DNA of 64,000 nucleotides, taken from Malacoraja senta. Taxonomy: Eukaryota. Each line of letters starts with the position of its first letter. The first letter of the stretch is position 1. The notes under the pieces are model-generated. The model did not search any database. It was not told where the DNA came from and saw nothing but the letters and a program-made list of their open reading frames with translations. This document shows, in pieces, positions 37,012 to 48,524 of the stretch. The position numbers and the translations under genes were made by a program. The stretch lies in contig CM075995.1 of assembly GCA_038087875.1 (NCBI GenBank), forward strand, positions 5,892,001 through 5,956,000, in the 5' to 3' direction.

Positions 37012-40000
37012 TTACTTCGGAGTCACAGTGATTCCGTGAAGAAGACCCGTCAGGGCGCATGCGCGTCATTACGTCTGATGCATTGGCGCACGGACCAGCG
37101 GGAGGTCAGAGCTCCTGTGGTAAGTACTTTTAAAGTAATTTTAAACCCAGCTAAGTGGGAAAACTTAGCTGGAGTAACAAGTTGTTTTGTTGTGGTGCCG
37201 TGCTTTGTTTTTACAGGGCACCATGGTTGAAGACGACCAGGGGGAGGCGAGCCGCTGGTAAACAGGAGAGCCGCGGGAGTGCGGTCTGTGAGCGGCTGCC
37301 TCTTACCCCTGCACAGTCGCCGACCGGGAGCGGGGCGACTGCAGACTTGGTGCTACAAAGCACCAAAGCCAACGCCAGTTGGTCATAAGGCCAACGGAAA
37401 AGTCTGGGAGGCCCTCGGACTCAAATGGAGCACCTCATACAGAGGTTGCTCCAGCAATGCACACTCCAGGGGGAGGAGTCGTGTGGGCGGCAGGCTGCAG
37501 AAGAGGCCGCGCCGGCAGCACCTAGTAGAGGGCTGCTTGATAGCACCCTCATGGATGAGGTGAGTGCAGAGGGTCAGCTAAGTTCTGACCCCGACTCTGA
37601 CGGTGACTTGGAACTTAGCGAAGATGGCCGTTGTCAGAGGTCCCATCTCTGGCAGCACGATTCGCTGTCCCGTCAGAGTCTGGAGTGCCACTGGGAGATG
37701 AGCTGGCCTCCACGATATAGAGGCTGCTCGATAGCACCCTCATTGAAAAGGCGACTGCAAAGGGTCAGCTGAGTTCTGACCCCGACTCTGACGGTGAGTT
37801 CGAGCCTAGCGAAGACGGCCGTTGTCAGAGGTCTTATCTCTGGCAGCACGATTCGCTGTCCCGTCAGAGTCTGGTACCGCCAAGAAACAGGAGACCCGGG
37901 GAACTGCGTGTTGCTGAAGGTGCCAGCAGTGAACCGGGTGATATGGAGCCAGATGGGCGTGGGCAGGTGTGCCCAGGAGATGAAGCTGCAGAGAATCCTG
38001 AAACTACTTGGCTCAGGAATCACGGCGTTCGCTAGAATGGTGGATGGAGGGCATATGTCGGAGACGCAGCAAGACGTACTAGGGTTGCTTTGTAGCGCCC
38101 ATTTTGAGATAAATTGTCTCAGGGAAAGTGCCATTCAGCCCACCATTAATCCCAAGGTTGCAGCCCTCTGCCAGCCCAGCAACATACAGCCGGCCAACCT
38201 ACTCTTCGGAGAGGACCTAGCCAAGCGTGTCAAGGAGATAGATGACGAGGCAAAGATGGTGGGCTTGATCAAGCCACCGGCTGTCGGCAAGTTTCCAAAA
38301 AGGAAAGTACCCCTACGAACGAGGGACAGATTGGTCTGGACCAGGAACAAGTCGGCCAGCAATGCAGATGCGCAGGTGGCATTCTGCAGCGGGAACACGG
38401 TCAAACGTCGGCTTTCCTGCCAGGAGCCGGGAACAACGTGATCCACCAGGTACCAAGGAGGTAGGTGGGCCTGGTTCTCAGGTGCACATATCAAATGTGA
38501 CACAACTAAAATCTGGGGGTACATTACATCTGTTCCGGGATGAATGGAAGCAAATTACCTCAGCTCTGTTTATACTGAGTGTTATTCAAGGGTTTCGAAT
38601 GGAGTTCAATCCAAATTGTGATTTGCACATTCAGCATGTTCCAGGGAGAACTCTTCAGTTTTTATTAACAGAACAGATGGAGGTTCAGACTGTGCTTGGA
38701 AGCTTATGTGATAAAGGTGGAATTGGAAAGTCGGTTCACCAACCCATCAATTTGTGTCTAATATTTTCCCAGGCCAAAAAAGGATGGGGGATGCAGTATA
38801 GACATTGTAAGATGGAATTGTCACTGCCAAGCAACTGGGTCAAGAGGATGCTATATGGCGACTATAGAGCTTAAATATGCGGATTACTCAATGTCTGTTC
38901 ATTTGCAGGATAGAGGATATTTGAAATTCACCTGGATGGATCAACTATGGCACAAAATTGTTAAAACCTATAATAGGCATGCTGAGAGACCAGGGTCAGG
39001 TGCTCATGGCTTATCCCAATGATATCTTGATTACAGGGGTATCCAAGAGAACAGCTGAAGTACCGTGGTAGTTGTTAAATCCAATTTTCAAAGATTGGGC
39101 ATTATTGATCCAGAGAAATCCAAATTAACACCTGACTATTTGGGTCACAATTGATTCAATTAAGTGACTGCCCAGGGAGAAAGGGTAGAGCTAATTGACA
39201 GCTGTATCAAGCTAATGGAGGCACTAAGGATACATTCGGGTCATTATAATAGACCCATGCAGTTATCAGCAGAGGCTGTTTCTGATTTGCAATGGTGGAT
39301 TCACCATGTGTCCAGGAGTTCTAGCAAGGTAGTGCTTGACCAGCCTTCCATGATTTTGCAGATGAATGTCAGTGCACTCGGCTGGGGTGTCACGGATACG
39401 AGTTTCAGCTGTGGAGGCAGATGGACTGAGCAAGAGGCATCGCTTCTGCAGACATGGGGAATTAACTATTAAGAGCTTTTTATGGTTAAGGCTTATTGCT
39501 CTAACAAAGGTAACCTGCATGTTCAGTTTCAGATTGACAATACTACGGCAGTGGCATATATATTAATCACATCGGTGGAATCAAGTCGGTATCTTGTGAC
39601 AGATTGGCTAATCAAAGTTGGGCCTGGTCCATTGAAAAAGATATTTGGTTTTCAGCTATTTATCTACCAGGTAGATTCAACATAGTAGCAGACGCCAGGT
39701 CACGAAAGTTCCATGACAACACAGATTGGATGTTGAACCAGGAGGTGTTCAATAATATAGTACTTATATATGAATGTCAGATATCAATTTGTTTTGCATC
39801 GAGGTTTAACCACCAGCTGCCTAAATATGTTTCAATTGATGCTTTCTCGCTACATTGGTGTGGTATGTTTTTATATATTTTCCCACCATTCTGCCTCATA
39901 GGTCGGAGTCTGCAAAAAATCAAGCAGTATGTCGCTTCGGGGATGCCTGTAATACCTAATTGCCAGACTCGAGCATGGTTCCCTTTGATGTTACAGTTAG

Positions 40001-40333
40001 CGATCCAACCTCCTTTGGTGGTTCCCAAGCATAGGAATATACTGGAGCATCCGCTGACACGGGAAAGTCATCCGTTATGTGATCGTATTGACTTGTTCAT
40101 TTGCAGGTTTTAAGAAGGCCATACCTGGGGCGAGGACTGTCTGGGCGAACGGTGGACATGCTCACTGCAGCCTGGAGAAAGAGTACTCAAAAGCGGTATA
40201 TTACTTATGTAAAAAAAATGGGAGCAATATTGTGTACAAAATAATATTGACTATAGTACTGCAGGTATTGTGGATATTTTAGAGTTCCTGTCGACAGTCT
40301 ACGATGATGAGGGGCTCAGATACAGCACCATTA
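37012..40333 (+). mobile_element. DIRS1-like tyrosine-recombinase retrotransposon, decayed and 3'-truncated
   Basis: Gag-like segment (LLFGEDLAKRVKEI), RT start (GGTLHLFRDEWKQIT), RNase H (SALGWG, QIDNTTAVAYI, YLPGRFNIVADARSR), methyltransferase-like domain (FASRFN...DAFSLHW...YIFPPF), and the start of the YR (LEFLSTVYDDEGLRYSTIN). Confidence 0.88.
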
Positions 40334-43015
40334 ATATGGCGACACGCCCAGATATGGCGACATTCCCAGATATGGCGACACGCCTGGATATGGCGACATT
40401 CCCGGATATGGCGACACCCCCCGATATGGCGAGTTACCCGGGTATGGCGACATTCCCTGATATGGCGACATTCCCGGATATGACGACATTCCCGGATATG
40501 ACGACATTCCCGGATATGGCGACTTGCCCGGATATGGCGACTTGCCCGGATAGGGCGACACGCCCAGATATGGCGACACGCCCGGATATGGCGACACGTC
40601 CGGATATGGAGACACACCCAGATATGGCAACTTACCCGGGTATGGCGACATTCCCGGATATGGCGACGCCCGGATATTGCGAACTACCCTGGTATGGCGA
40701 CATTCACGGATATGGCGACATTCACGGATATGGCGACATTCACGGATATGGCGACATTTCCGGATCTGACGACATTCCCAGATATGGCGACATACCCGGA
40801 TATGGCCACATCCCCGGATATGGCGACATTCCCGGATATGGCGACATTCCCGGATATGGCGACAATCCCTGATATGGTGACACGCCCGCATATGGGAACA
40901 TGCCTGGATATGGCAACTTACTCGGATATGGCGACTTTCACGGATATGGCGACACGCCCGGATATGGCGACAATACCGGATATGGCGACATGCCAGGATA
41001 TGGCGACATACCCATATATGGCGACTTGCCGGGATATGGCGACAGGCCCGGATATGGCGACACGCCCGCATATGGCGACATTCCCGGATATGGCGACATT
41101 CCCGGATATGGCGACATTGCCGGATATGGCAACATTGCCGGATGTGGCGACATTCCCGGATATGGCGACATTCCCGGATATGGCGATGCCCAGATATGGC
41201 GACATTCCCGGATATGGCGACATTCCCGGATATGGCGACATGCCCGGATATGGCGACATGCCCGGATATGCTGACATTCCCGGATATGGCGACATCCCCG
41301 GATATGGTGACATTCCCGGATATGGTGACATTCCCAGATATGGCGACCATCCCTGATATGGTGACACGCCCGGATATGGGATCATGCCTGGATATGGCGA
41401 CACGCCCGGATATGGCAACTTACCCGGATATGGCGACTTTCCCGGATATGGCAACATACCCGGATATAGCGACACGCCCGGTATGGTGACAGGCCCGGAT
41501 ATGGTGACACGCCCGGATATGGCGACACGCCCGGATATGGCGACATTCTTGGATATGGCGACACTCCCGGATATGGAGACTTACCCGGGTATGGCGACAT
41601 TCCCGGATATGGCGACATTACCGGATATGGCGACATTCCCGGATGTGGCGACATACCCGGATATGGCGACTTGCCCGGATATGGCGACACGCCCGGATAT
41701 GGCGACACGCCCGGACATGGCGACACGCCCAGATATGGCGACACGCCCGGATATGGCGACATTCCCGGATATGGCGACATTCCCGGGTATGGCGACATTC
41801 CCGGATATGGCGACATTCCCGGGTATGGCGACATTCCCGGATATGGCGACATTACCGGATATGGCGACATTCCCGGATATTGCGATATTGCCGGATATGG
41901 CGACATTCCCGGATGTGGCGACATTCCCGGATGTGGCGACATTCCCGGATGTGGCGACATTCCCGGATATGGCGACTTGCCCAGATATGGCGACATTCCC
42001 GGATATGGCGACATGCCCGGATATGGCAATATGCCCGGATATGCTGACATTCCCGGATATGGCGACATGCCCAGATATGGCGACATGCCCGGATATGGCG
42101 ACATTCCCGGATATGGCGCCATTCCCAGATATGGCGACATACCCAGATATGGTGACATTCCCGGATATGGCGACGTCCGGATATTGCGAACTACCCGACT
42201 ATGGCCACATTCCCGGATATGGCGATATTCCTGGATATGGCGACATTCCCGGATATGGCGACATTCCCGGATATGGCAACATTCCTGGTTATGGTGACAT
42301 TCCCGGATATGGCGACTTGCCTGGATATGGCAAAATTCCCGGATATAGCAACATTCCCAGATTTGGCGAAATTCCCGGATATCGCGACATGCCCAGATAT
42401 GGCGACATTCCCGGATATGGCGACAAGCCCGGATATGGCGCCATTCCCGGATATGGCGACATTCCCGGATGTGGCGACTTACCCGGATATGGCGACTTAC
42501 CCGATATGGCGATATTCCTGGATATGGCGACATTCCCGGATATGTCGACATTCCCGGATATGGCGACTTACCCGGATATGGCGACTTACCCGGATATGGC
42601 GACTTACCTGGATATTGCGAACTACCCGGGTATGGCGACATGCCCAGATATGGCGACATTGTCGGATATGGCGACATTGTCGGATATGGCGACATTCCCG
42701 GATGTGGCGACATTCCCGGATATGGCGACTTGCCCAGATATGGCGACATTCCCGGTTATGTCGACACGCCCGGATATGGCGACATTCCCGGATATGGCGA
42801 CATTCCCGGATATGGCGACTTTCCCGGATATGGCGACTTACCCGGATATGGCGACTTACCCGATATGGCGATATTCCCGGATATGGCAACATTCCCGGAT
42901 ATGTCGACATTCCCGGATATGGCGACTTACCCGGATATGGCGACTTACCCGGATATGGCGACTTACCCGGATATGGCGACTTACCTGGATATGGCGACTG
43001 GCCCGGATATGGCGA
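40334..43015. repeat. 18-bp tandem satellite, left arm (~150 units)
   Basis: Consensus GGATATGGCGACATTCCC with variants ...GACACGCCC, ...GACTTACCC and ...GACATGCCC. Confidence 0.98.
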
Positions 43016-43804
43016 TGAAAAAGTTACTTTTATAACTACTAAACCAGGTTCGCTTCTCAATAAACAGACACCACACAAACTGTTTGGTAGACCAGTTCAA
43101 AACTTTACTTAACATCGGCCGATGGAAGGGAGCGAGAATTCCAGCTAAGTGACCAATGTAGACACTCGACTGTCCTCGGTCCCCTTCTCTGAACAACAGA
43201 ATTACATCGCATTATATAGTGTTTCTTTGTCACATTAGCACATTCTACAGACATTAGTCATGGTCAGAGGTACAGGAAAAGGCATCACATCAAAGGCCTT
43301 TTGTTTACAGGTTATGATACACTAAAAACATTGGCCTTTTGTTTTAGGTCATTTTATCTTCAAAGAGATCTTTCGCTGTTTCCTCTCTGTCACTTGGTCC
43401 TTCATAACCATAGGCCATTTGTTTTATGGCATCTTATCTTCAAAGAGATCACCCTAGCTCTTTCGCTGTTTCCTCTCTGTCACTTGGTCCTTCATAAACA
43501 TAGGCCATTTGTTTTATGGCATCTTATCTTTCCACTTCCCTGGATCCTCTCTCATCACTTCGCCCCTCCTAAACATTGGTCATTTGGTTTACGGCATCTT
43601 ACTTCAAAGATGTGACTAGCTGTTTCTTTCTCTGTCACTTCCTCACTTGGGAGACAATGTTATGGTATTTATTATCTCAATACCCCAAAACCCGAGGCAA
43701 CTTAACTTGCCTTTCTGTATTATTCTACTGGAGAAAAGCCTGATTTGAGACTAAATATAAGCTGTAAGCTTTTCTTATATTTTTAACATAATTCAGCTTT
43801 ATCA
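43016..43804 (-). repeat. ERV 3' LTR (~789 bp)
   Basis: Direct repeat of 47725-48524. Preceded on the minus strand by the PPT AAAAGGATGGAA (43805-43816). Confidence 0.95.
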
Positions 43805-45299
43805 TTCCATCCTTTTATCAAAATCTTGATAATAACTACAGTCCTTGCCGAGTACATACGAAAGACCATAAGCATCTCATCAGGCAAATTATCTCACTGT
43901 CTGTAGTCAGGGTATCTTTGCTGCATTTGTCATGTTTGACTCCAATCTTGTTTAAAAGGATGTGTGTACCATCCTTTAAATGTGGGTTAGTCCGCAAGTT
44001 TGCCATTCTGAAGAAAGTCCAGTCCATGTGGGCCACCCCAGAATAAAAGAGGGTCAATAGCTCCACAAACCGTTCACAGTCAATCAAATGTATCCAACGA
44101 CGATGATCTTCAATCTTCACAGCAGTTTATGTTGTTGATAGCACTTGGTTTTTCCTTTCAACACAATCTCAATTTCTTCTTGTCCCAGCACATGGTCATT
44201 TTGTAGCCTTTATGGACTCGTCCCTGTGCTCACAGCTCCTCTAACCTGGGAATGCAGATCTGGCAAGACCTGGGTTAATTGCTGTCCATACATAATTAGT
44301 TAATTGCCCAGGGCCTGTAGTTGGCTTCCCCCCACTCTCCAGGGGGTGGGCACAGCAGCCTTTCCTGTATCAATAAAAAAGTTGTAAATTCTGTTTCTCT
44401 AGCTGCAGTTGAATGACCCCAATCTACTCTGAAGAAGGGCTTCGGCCCAAAATGATGCCTATTTCCTTCGCTCCTTTGATGCTGCTTCATCCCCTGAGTT
44501 TCTCCAGCACTTTTGTCTACCTTTGATTTTCCAGCATCTGCAGTTCCTTCTTAAACACTAAATTCTCCAAATATGTTCTCTTCCCCAATCTACTTATCTT
44601 CTCACCTTTTATCCCTCATTGTGAGATCCCTCAAACCCCCTTTTGTAAGCCATAAGACAATTTTACATGTACATTCATTTCCCTTACACAGCACATGCTT
44701 CAACACCTTTGTTCGTCTGCAGACCGTAATCTTGCTTCATTTGCATTTTAAAGGACAACCTCTGTTATCACATCAAAACAATCTTTCCCAAAAGAACTCA
44801 CTCAGAATCAGTAATCAATAATACATTTTCTTTTTCTCTGTAATTTTGACATTTCCAATCTCATTTAACACTTTAATTGGGATGAGTCTCTTTTTGAACT
44901 CGGCTCAAAAGATTTATAACAACCAACACATTTTATCATTTGAGTATAGCTCCACCCCCCATTCATGGCAGTGTCTTAAAGGAACACACCATAACCTGCC
45001 TGTTCATTTGCATTTTAAAGGACAAACTGTTCTTAAAGGGACACACACCTTTGCTCATTGCTTCAAATTTCACACATTCCACATACAAAAAACATTGTTT
45101 TACAAGCAGTACATACACACAAAAAAATTGTTTTACCAGCAGTATATAATATTTCATCTTCAAAGACATCTCTTTGTAATTTACTTTCCCTTTTTCTGAC
45201 AAGACCCGTTTACCAGAATCCTGGTTACCTAACCCTAATTGGACTTTGATCCAGATCATGATTAGTCAGACTCCCCGTGACGTTTCAGTCTCCCTATCC

Positions 45300-45976
45300 T
45301 ATCCTCATTTCTCCACCGAATTTGTCTTCATCCCCAATTTTTCTATAACATAGTTGCTTGTCAGAAAAAGGATTCCCCCGGGGTAATTTTGTTTTGCAAT
45401 GCCCCATAGGCTCTTTCGACCATCCCAGATGCCTGTGGGTGATGTACACAGTGAAATTGCTGTCGGATATAAAAATGTGTACATATTTCCTTATTAATAG
45501 TGGCAATAAAATGGGGACCATTGTCCAAGCTTATGACAGTAGGTAGGCCAAACCTGGGAATAACTTCCCTTAACACCAATGTTACTGTAGTCTCAGCAGT
45601 ATCATTAGTGGTTGGTAGAGCTTCAATCCACCTGCTAAATAAATCAAAAAATAACTAAGCAATATTTATAACACTGGGCCCTTGGCATTTCAATAAAATC
45701 AATCTGTATGCATTCAAACGGTCGTGATGGCATTGGTGTCACCCCTGAGGGTATCCTAATTGGTTTGCCTGGATTCTTTCGTTGGCAAATTTTACATTCA
45801 GAGGCCTGCTTCAGTGCCTCTTGCCGGATTTTTGGGTGCCACCACGTCTCTTTTGTCATCCTTATCATTCCATCCTTACCAGCATGGGTAAGTGAGTGAA
45901 TATATGTTAGTAAAACAGGTAAAAATGCATCAGATACACCAACTTGTCCAAGCGGGGTGAGCCGAATCAATGGCAC
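45300..45976 (-). pseudogene. pol: Retroviral integrase, frameshifted
   Basis: HSLTHAG...CKIC zinc-binding motif, IQIDFIEMP, IPRFGLPTVISLDNGPHF and HPQASGMVER. A detached C-terminal piece TAVKIEDHRRWIH lies at ~44080-44150. Confidence 0.88.
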
Positions 45977-46080
45977 AGCCCTCTTGTTTCCATAGTTATT
46001 TTTATATATGAGAGGCGTCCCTCTGTAATGTACATACCTCCCTCATGTTTGGCAGGACCGTTCTATTTGCTAGTATCTGT

Positions 46081-46914
46081 TTACCAGATGTCACTAAGCA
46101 TTTGGATGCAATAGGCTGTTTGTTTGGCTACACTATCGGCAAATGCATTGCCTTTTGTTATAGGGTCCCCAGCACCAGTGTGTGCAGCACATTTAATAAT
46201 GGTCAGCTGTTCTGGTATCATCAATGCCTTAAGCAAATAACGCACAGAAAGGCATTCCCGTGCTCCCAATCCTGGGGAGCTTTGTAAGGTCAGAACTTCA
46301 AGGTATAGGGATATTACTGACGGAGCTGTCACAGGTAAGTATGCCATCGCTACTGGTAGGACGTAGGGAGGTGGACATCTCCCAGGATTATCTAACTCCT
46401 CATCTTCACTACCAAACAAGGTCGTCGTGCCAGACATGAAGTCTCCTCCAGAGGATTTACCAGTACTGAGGTTATTTTTACTAACCATCACCTGTTTCTC
46501 ACCTCCTGCCTGTCTCTTAATTATTTTCTCTTGTTCCTCTGCCCACTGGCATTCTAGTTGCAATACTTTCCATCCTTTCATAGTGCCATCATTATTTCGT
46601 AACTCTATCCCTTGTTTACACGCCGTATCCATCCAACTTCGATCTCTACTCTCCTCGTGCTTCTTTTCTGCTTCTGCTTTCCACGTTTTAATTCCCTTCT
46701 TCCATTTCTTTCCTGCCTTCCTTTCCCATATCAACATTTCTGCTTTTTTAATTGTCTCGACATTCCATGTGCCCCCCACTGGCCAGGCTTCATCCCCCAA
46801 CCGTTTGGTCAACTTGTAACTTAACATTCTAAATTTCTTATTATACTTAGGATTCAAATAACACATATGTTGGACGGGGGTTCCCCCCTCACTGTTATCC
46901 AGAGCATTACCCAT
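46081..46914 (-). CDS. gag: Truncated Gag (matrix + late domain) fused in frame to the RNase H C-terminus, 277 aa
   Basis: MGNALD start, WPVGGTW matrix motif and PPPY, then IIKCAAHT...KGNAFADSVAK. Confidence 0.75.
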   Translation of the reverse strand: MGNALDNSEGGTPVQHMCYLNPKYNKKFRMLSYKLTKRLGDEAWPVGGTWNVETIKKAEMLIWERKAGKKWKKGIKTWKAEAEKKHEESRDRSWMDTACKQGIELRNNDGTMKGWKVLQLECQWAEEQEKIIKRQAGGEKQVMVSKNNLSTGKSSGGDFMSGTTTLFGSEDEELDNPGRCPPPYVLPVAMAYLPVTAPSVISLYLEVLTLQSSPGLGARECLSVRYLLKALMIPEQLTIIKCAAHTGAGDPITKGNAFADSVAKQTAYCIQMLSDIW

Positions 46915-47705
46915 AGATAGATAGAGAGAAAGAGAAAGAGAAAGCAGACTTCTGAATTCCGAATCGTTCCAAATATATCAACCAGGCCGACTCGCTACTC
47001 GAGACCCCAGTTTCTCAATTTGGCTGATTTTTTATTTTTCTTTACCTCTTTGATATACGACCCAAGTGTCTCAACAAGGCCGACTCACTAACCGAAACCC
47101 CCGTTTCTCAACCTGGCAGACCTAAAATAAGCCCCATGTGTCTCAACGAAGCAGACCCGCTAACCGAGACCCCGTTTCTCAACCTGGCAGACTTCTTACT
47201 CTTTAATATACAACGCCACTTATTTCTCAATCTGACAACTCTTCGGATGTCTCAATAAGCCAGATGCACACCTCAACCCCCGTATCTCAACCCGACAAAT
47301 CACGGATATCTCAACGAGGCCGATGAGCCCTTAGTAGAGAGAGAGAGAGAAGAAAAAAACAAAGAGAGATAGACAGAGAGAGAGAAACAGAAACCACTCA
47401 CGTCCTTCTTAACAATATACACAAGCCCATCTTAAAAATACATGCACAATTCTGTCTTAAAAATACATACACAATCCCTTCTTAAAAAAAAAACCTATAA
47501 AGCCCAACTGGTCTTACCTTGGTCTGTTTCTAAGAACCTCGGCAGGGAACCTGGATCAACCTCTGATGAAGGATCACAGACGTTCCCGGGAGTTTCTAGG
47601 GAGTCGGTCTTACAAGGGGGCCGATAGAGCTCAGTTATCTCCCTTCCAATCCCGGCAACCTCTGCAACCTCTTGCACAGTCAGCCGTTGATGTGGTCCCA
47701 GCGAG

Positions 47706-47723
47706 GCCTGCATAACTACGCCA
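47706..47723 (-). promoter_or_regulatory. ERV primer-binding site TGGCGTAGTTATGCAGGC (tRNA-Ser-like, imperfect)
   Basis: Adjacent to the 5' LTR. Its first 9 nt are complementary to the tRNA-Ser 3' end (...ACTACGCCA). Confidence 0.7.
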
Positions 47724-47724
47724 A

Positions 47725-48524
47725 TGAAAAAGTTACTTTTATAACTACTAAACCAGGTTCGCTTCTCAATAAACAGACACCACACAAACTGTTTGGTAGA
47801 CCAGTTTCAAAACTTTACTTAACATCGGCCGATGGAAGGGAGCGAGAATTCCAGCTAAGTGACCAACGTAGACACTCGACTGTCCTCGGTCCCCTTCTCT
47901 GAACAACAGAATTACATCGCATTATATAGTGTTTCTTTGTCACATTAGCACATTCCACAGACATTAGTCATGGTCAGAGGTACAGGAAAAGGCATCACAT
48001 CAAAGGCCTTTTGTTTACAGGTTATGATATACTAAAAACATTGGCCTTTTGTTTTAGGTCATTTTATCTTCAAAGAGATCACCCTAGCTCTTTCGCTGTT
48101 TCCTCTCTGTCACTTGGTCCTTCATAACCATAGGCCATTTGTTTTATGGCATCTTATCTTCAAAGAGATCACCCTAGCTCTTTCGCTGTTTCCTCTCTGT
48201 CACTTGGTCCTTCATAAACATAGGCCATTTGTTTTATGGCATCTTATCTTTCCACTTCCCTGGATCCTCTCTCATCACTTCGCCCCTCCTAAACATTGGT
48301 CATTTGGTTTACGGCATCTTACTTCAAAGATGTGACTAGCTGTTTCTTTCTCTGTCACTTCCTCACTTGGGAGACAATGTTATGGTATTTATTATCTCAA
48401 TACCCCAAAACCCGAGGCAACTTAACTTGCCTTTCTGTATTATTCTACTGGAGAAAAGCCTGATTTGAGACTAAATATAAGCTGTAAGCTTTTCTTATAT
48501 TTTTAACATAATTCAGCTTTATCA
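47725..48524 (-). repeat. ERV 5' LTR (~800 bp)
   Basis: Direct repeat of 43016-43804. Followed on the minus strand by the PBS. Confidence 0.95.

Larger units (their letters stand above)
43016..48524 (-). mobile_element. Endogenous retrovirus (class I/epsilon-like), internally deleted provirus
   Basis: Paired TG...CA LTRs, TSD GCGA, PBS, PPT, a Gag N-terminus with MG start and PPPY, an RNase H tail and an integrase. No RT or env was recognised. Confidence 0.93.

Noticed and set aside
39604..40113. Stand-alone DNA adenine methyltransferase gene
   Set aside because: It is the known methyltransferase-like domain of DIRS1 pol, in its usual position after RNase H, and it is decayed.
43836..44120. 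ERV env or accessory gene
   Set aside because: The start of the ORF is the integrase C-terminal motif (TAVKIE...WIH). No furin site, CX6CC motif or transmembrane segment is visible.
45255..45310. Hammerhead-like GAAACGTC on the minus strand inside the ERV
   Set aside because: No correctly placed CTGANGA and stem II upstream.
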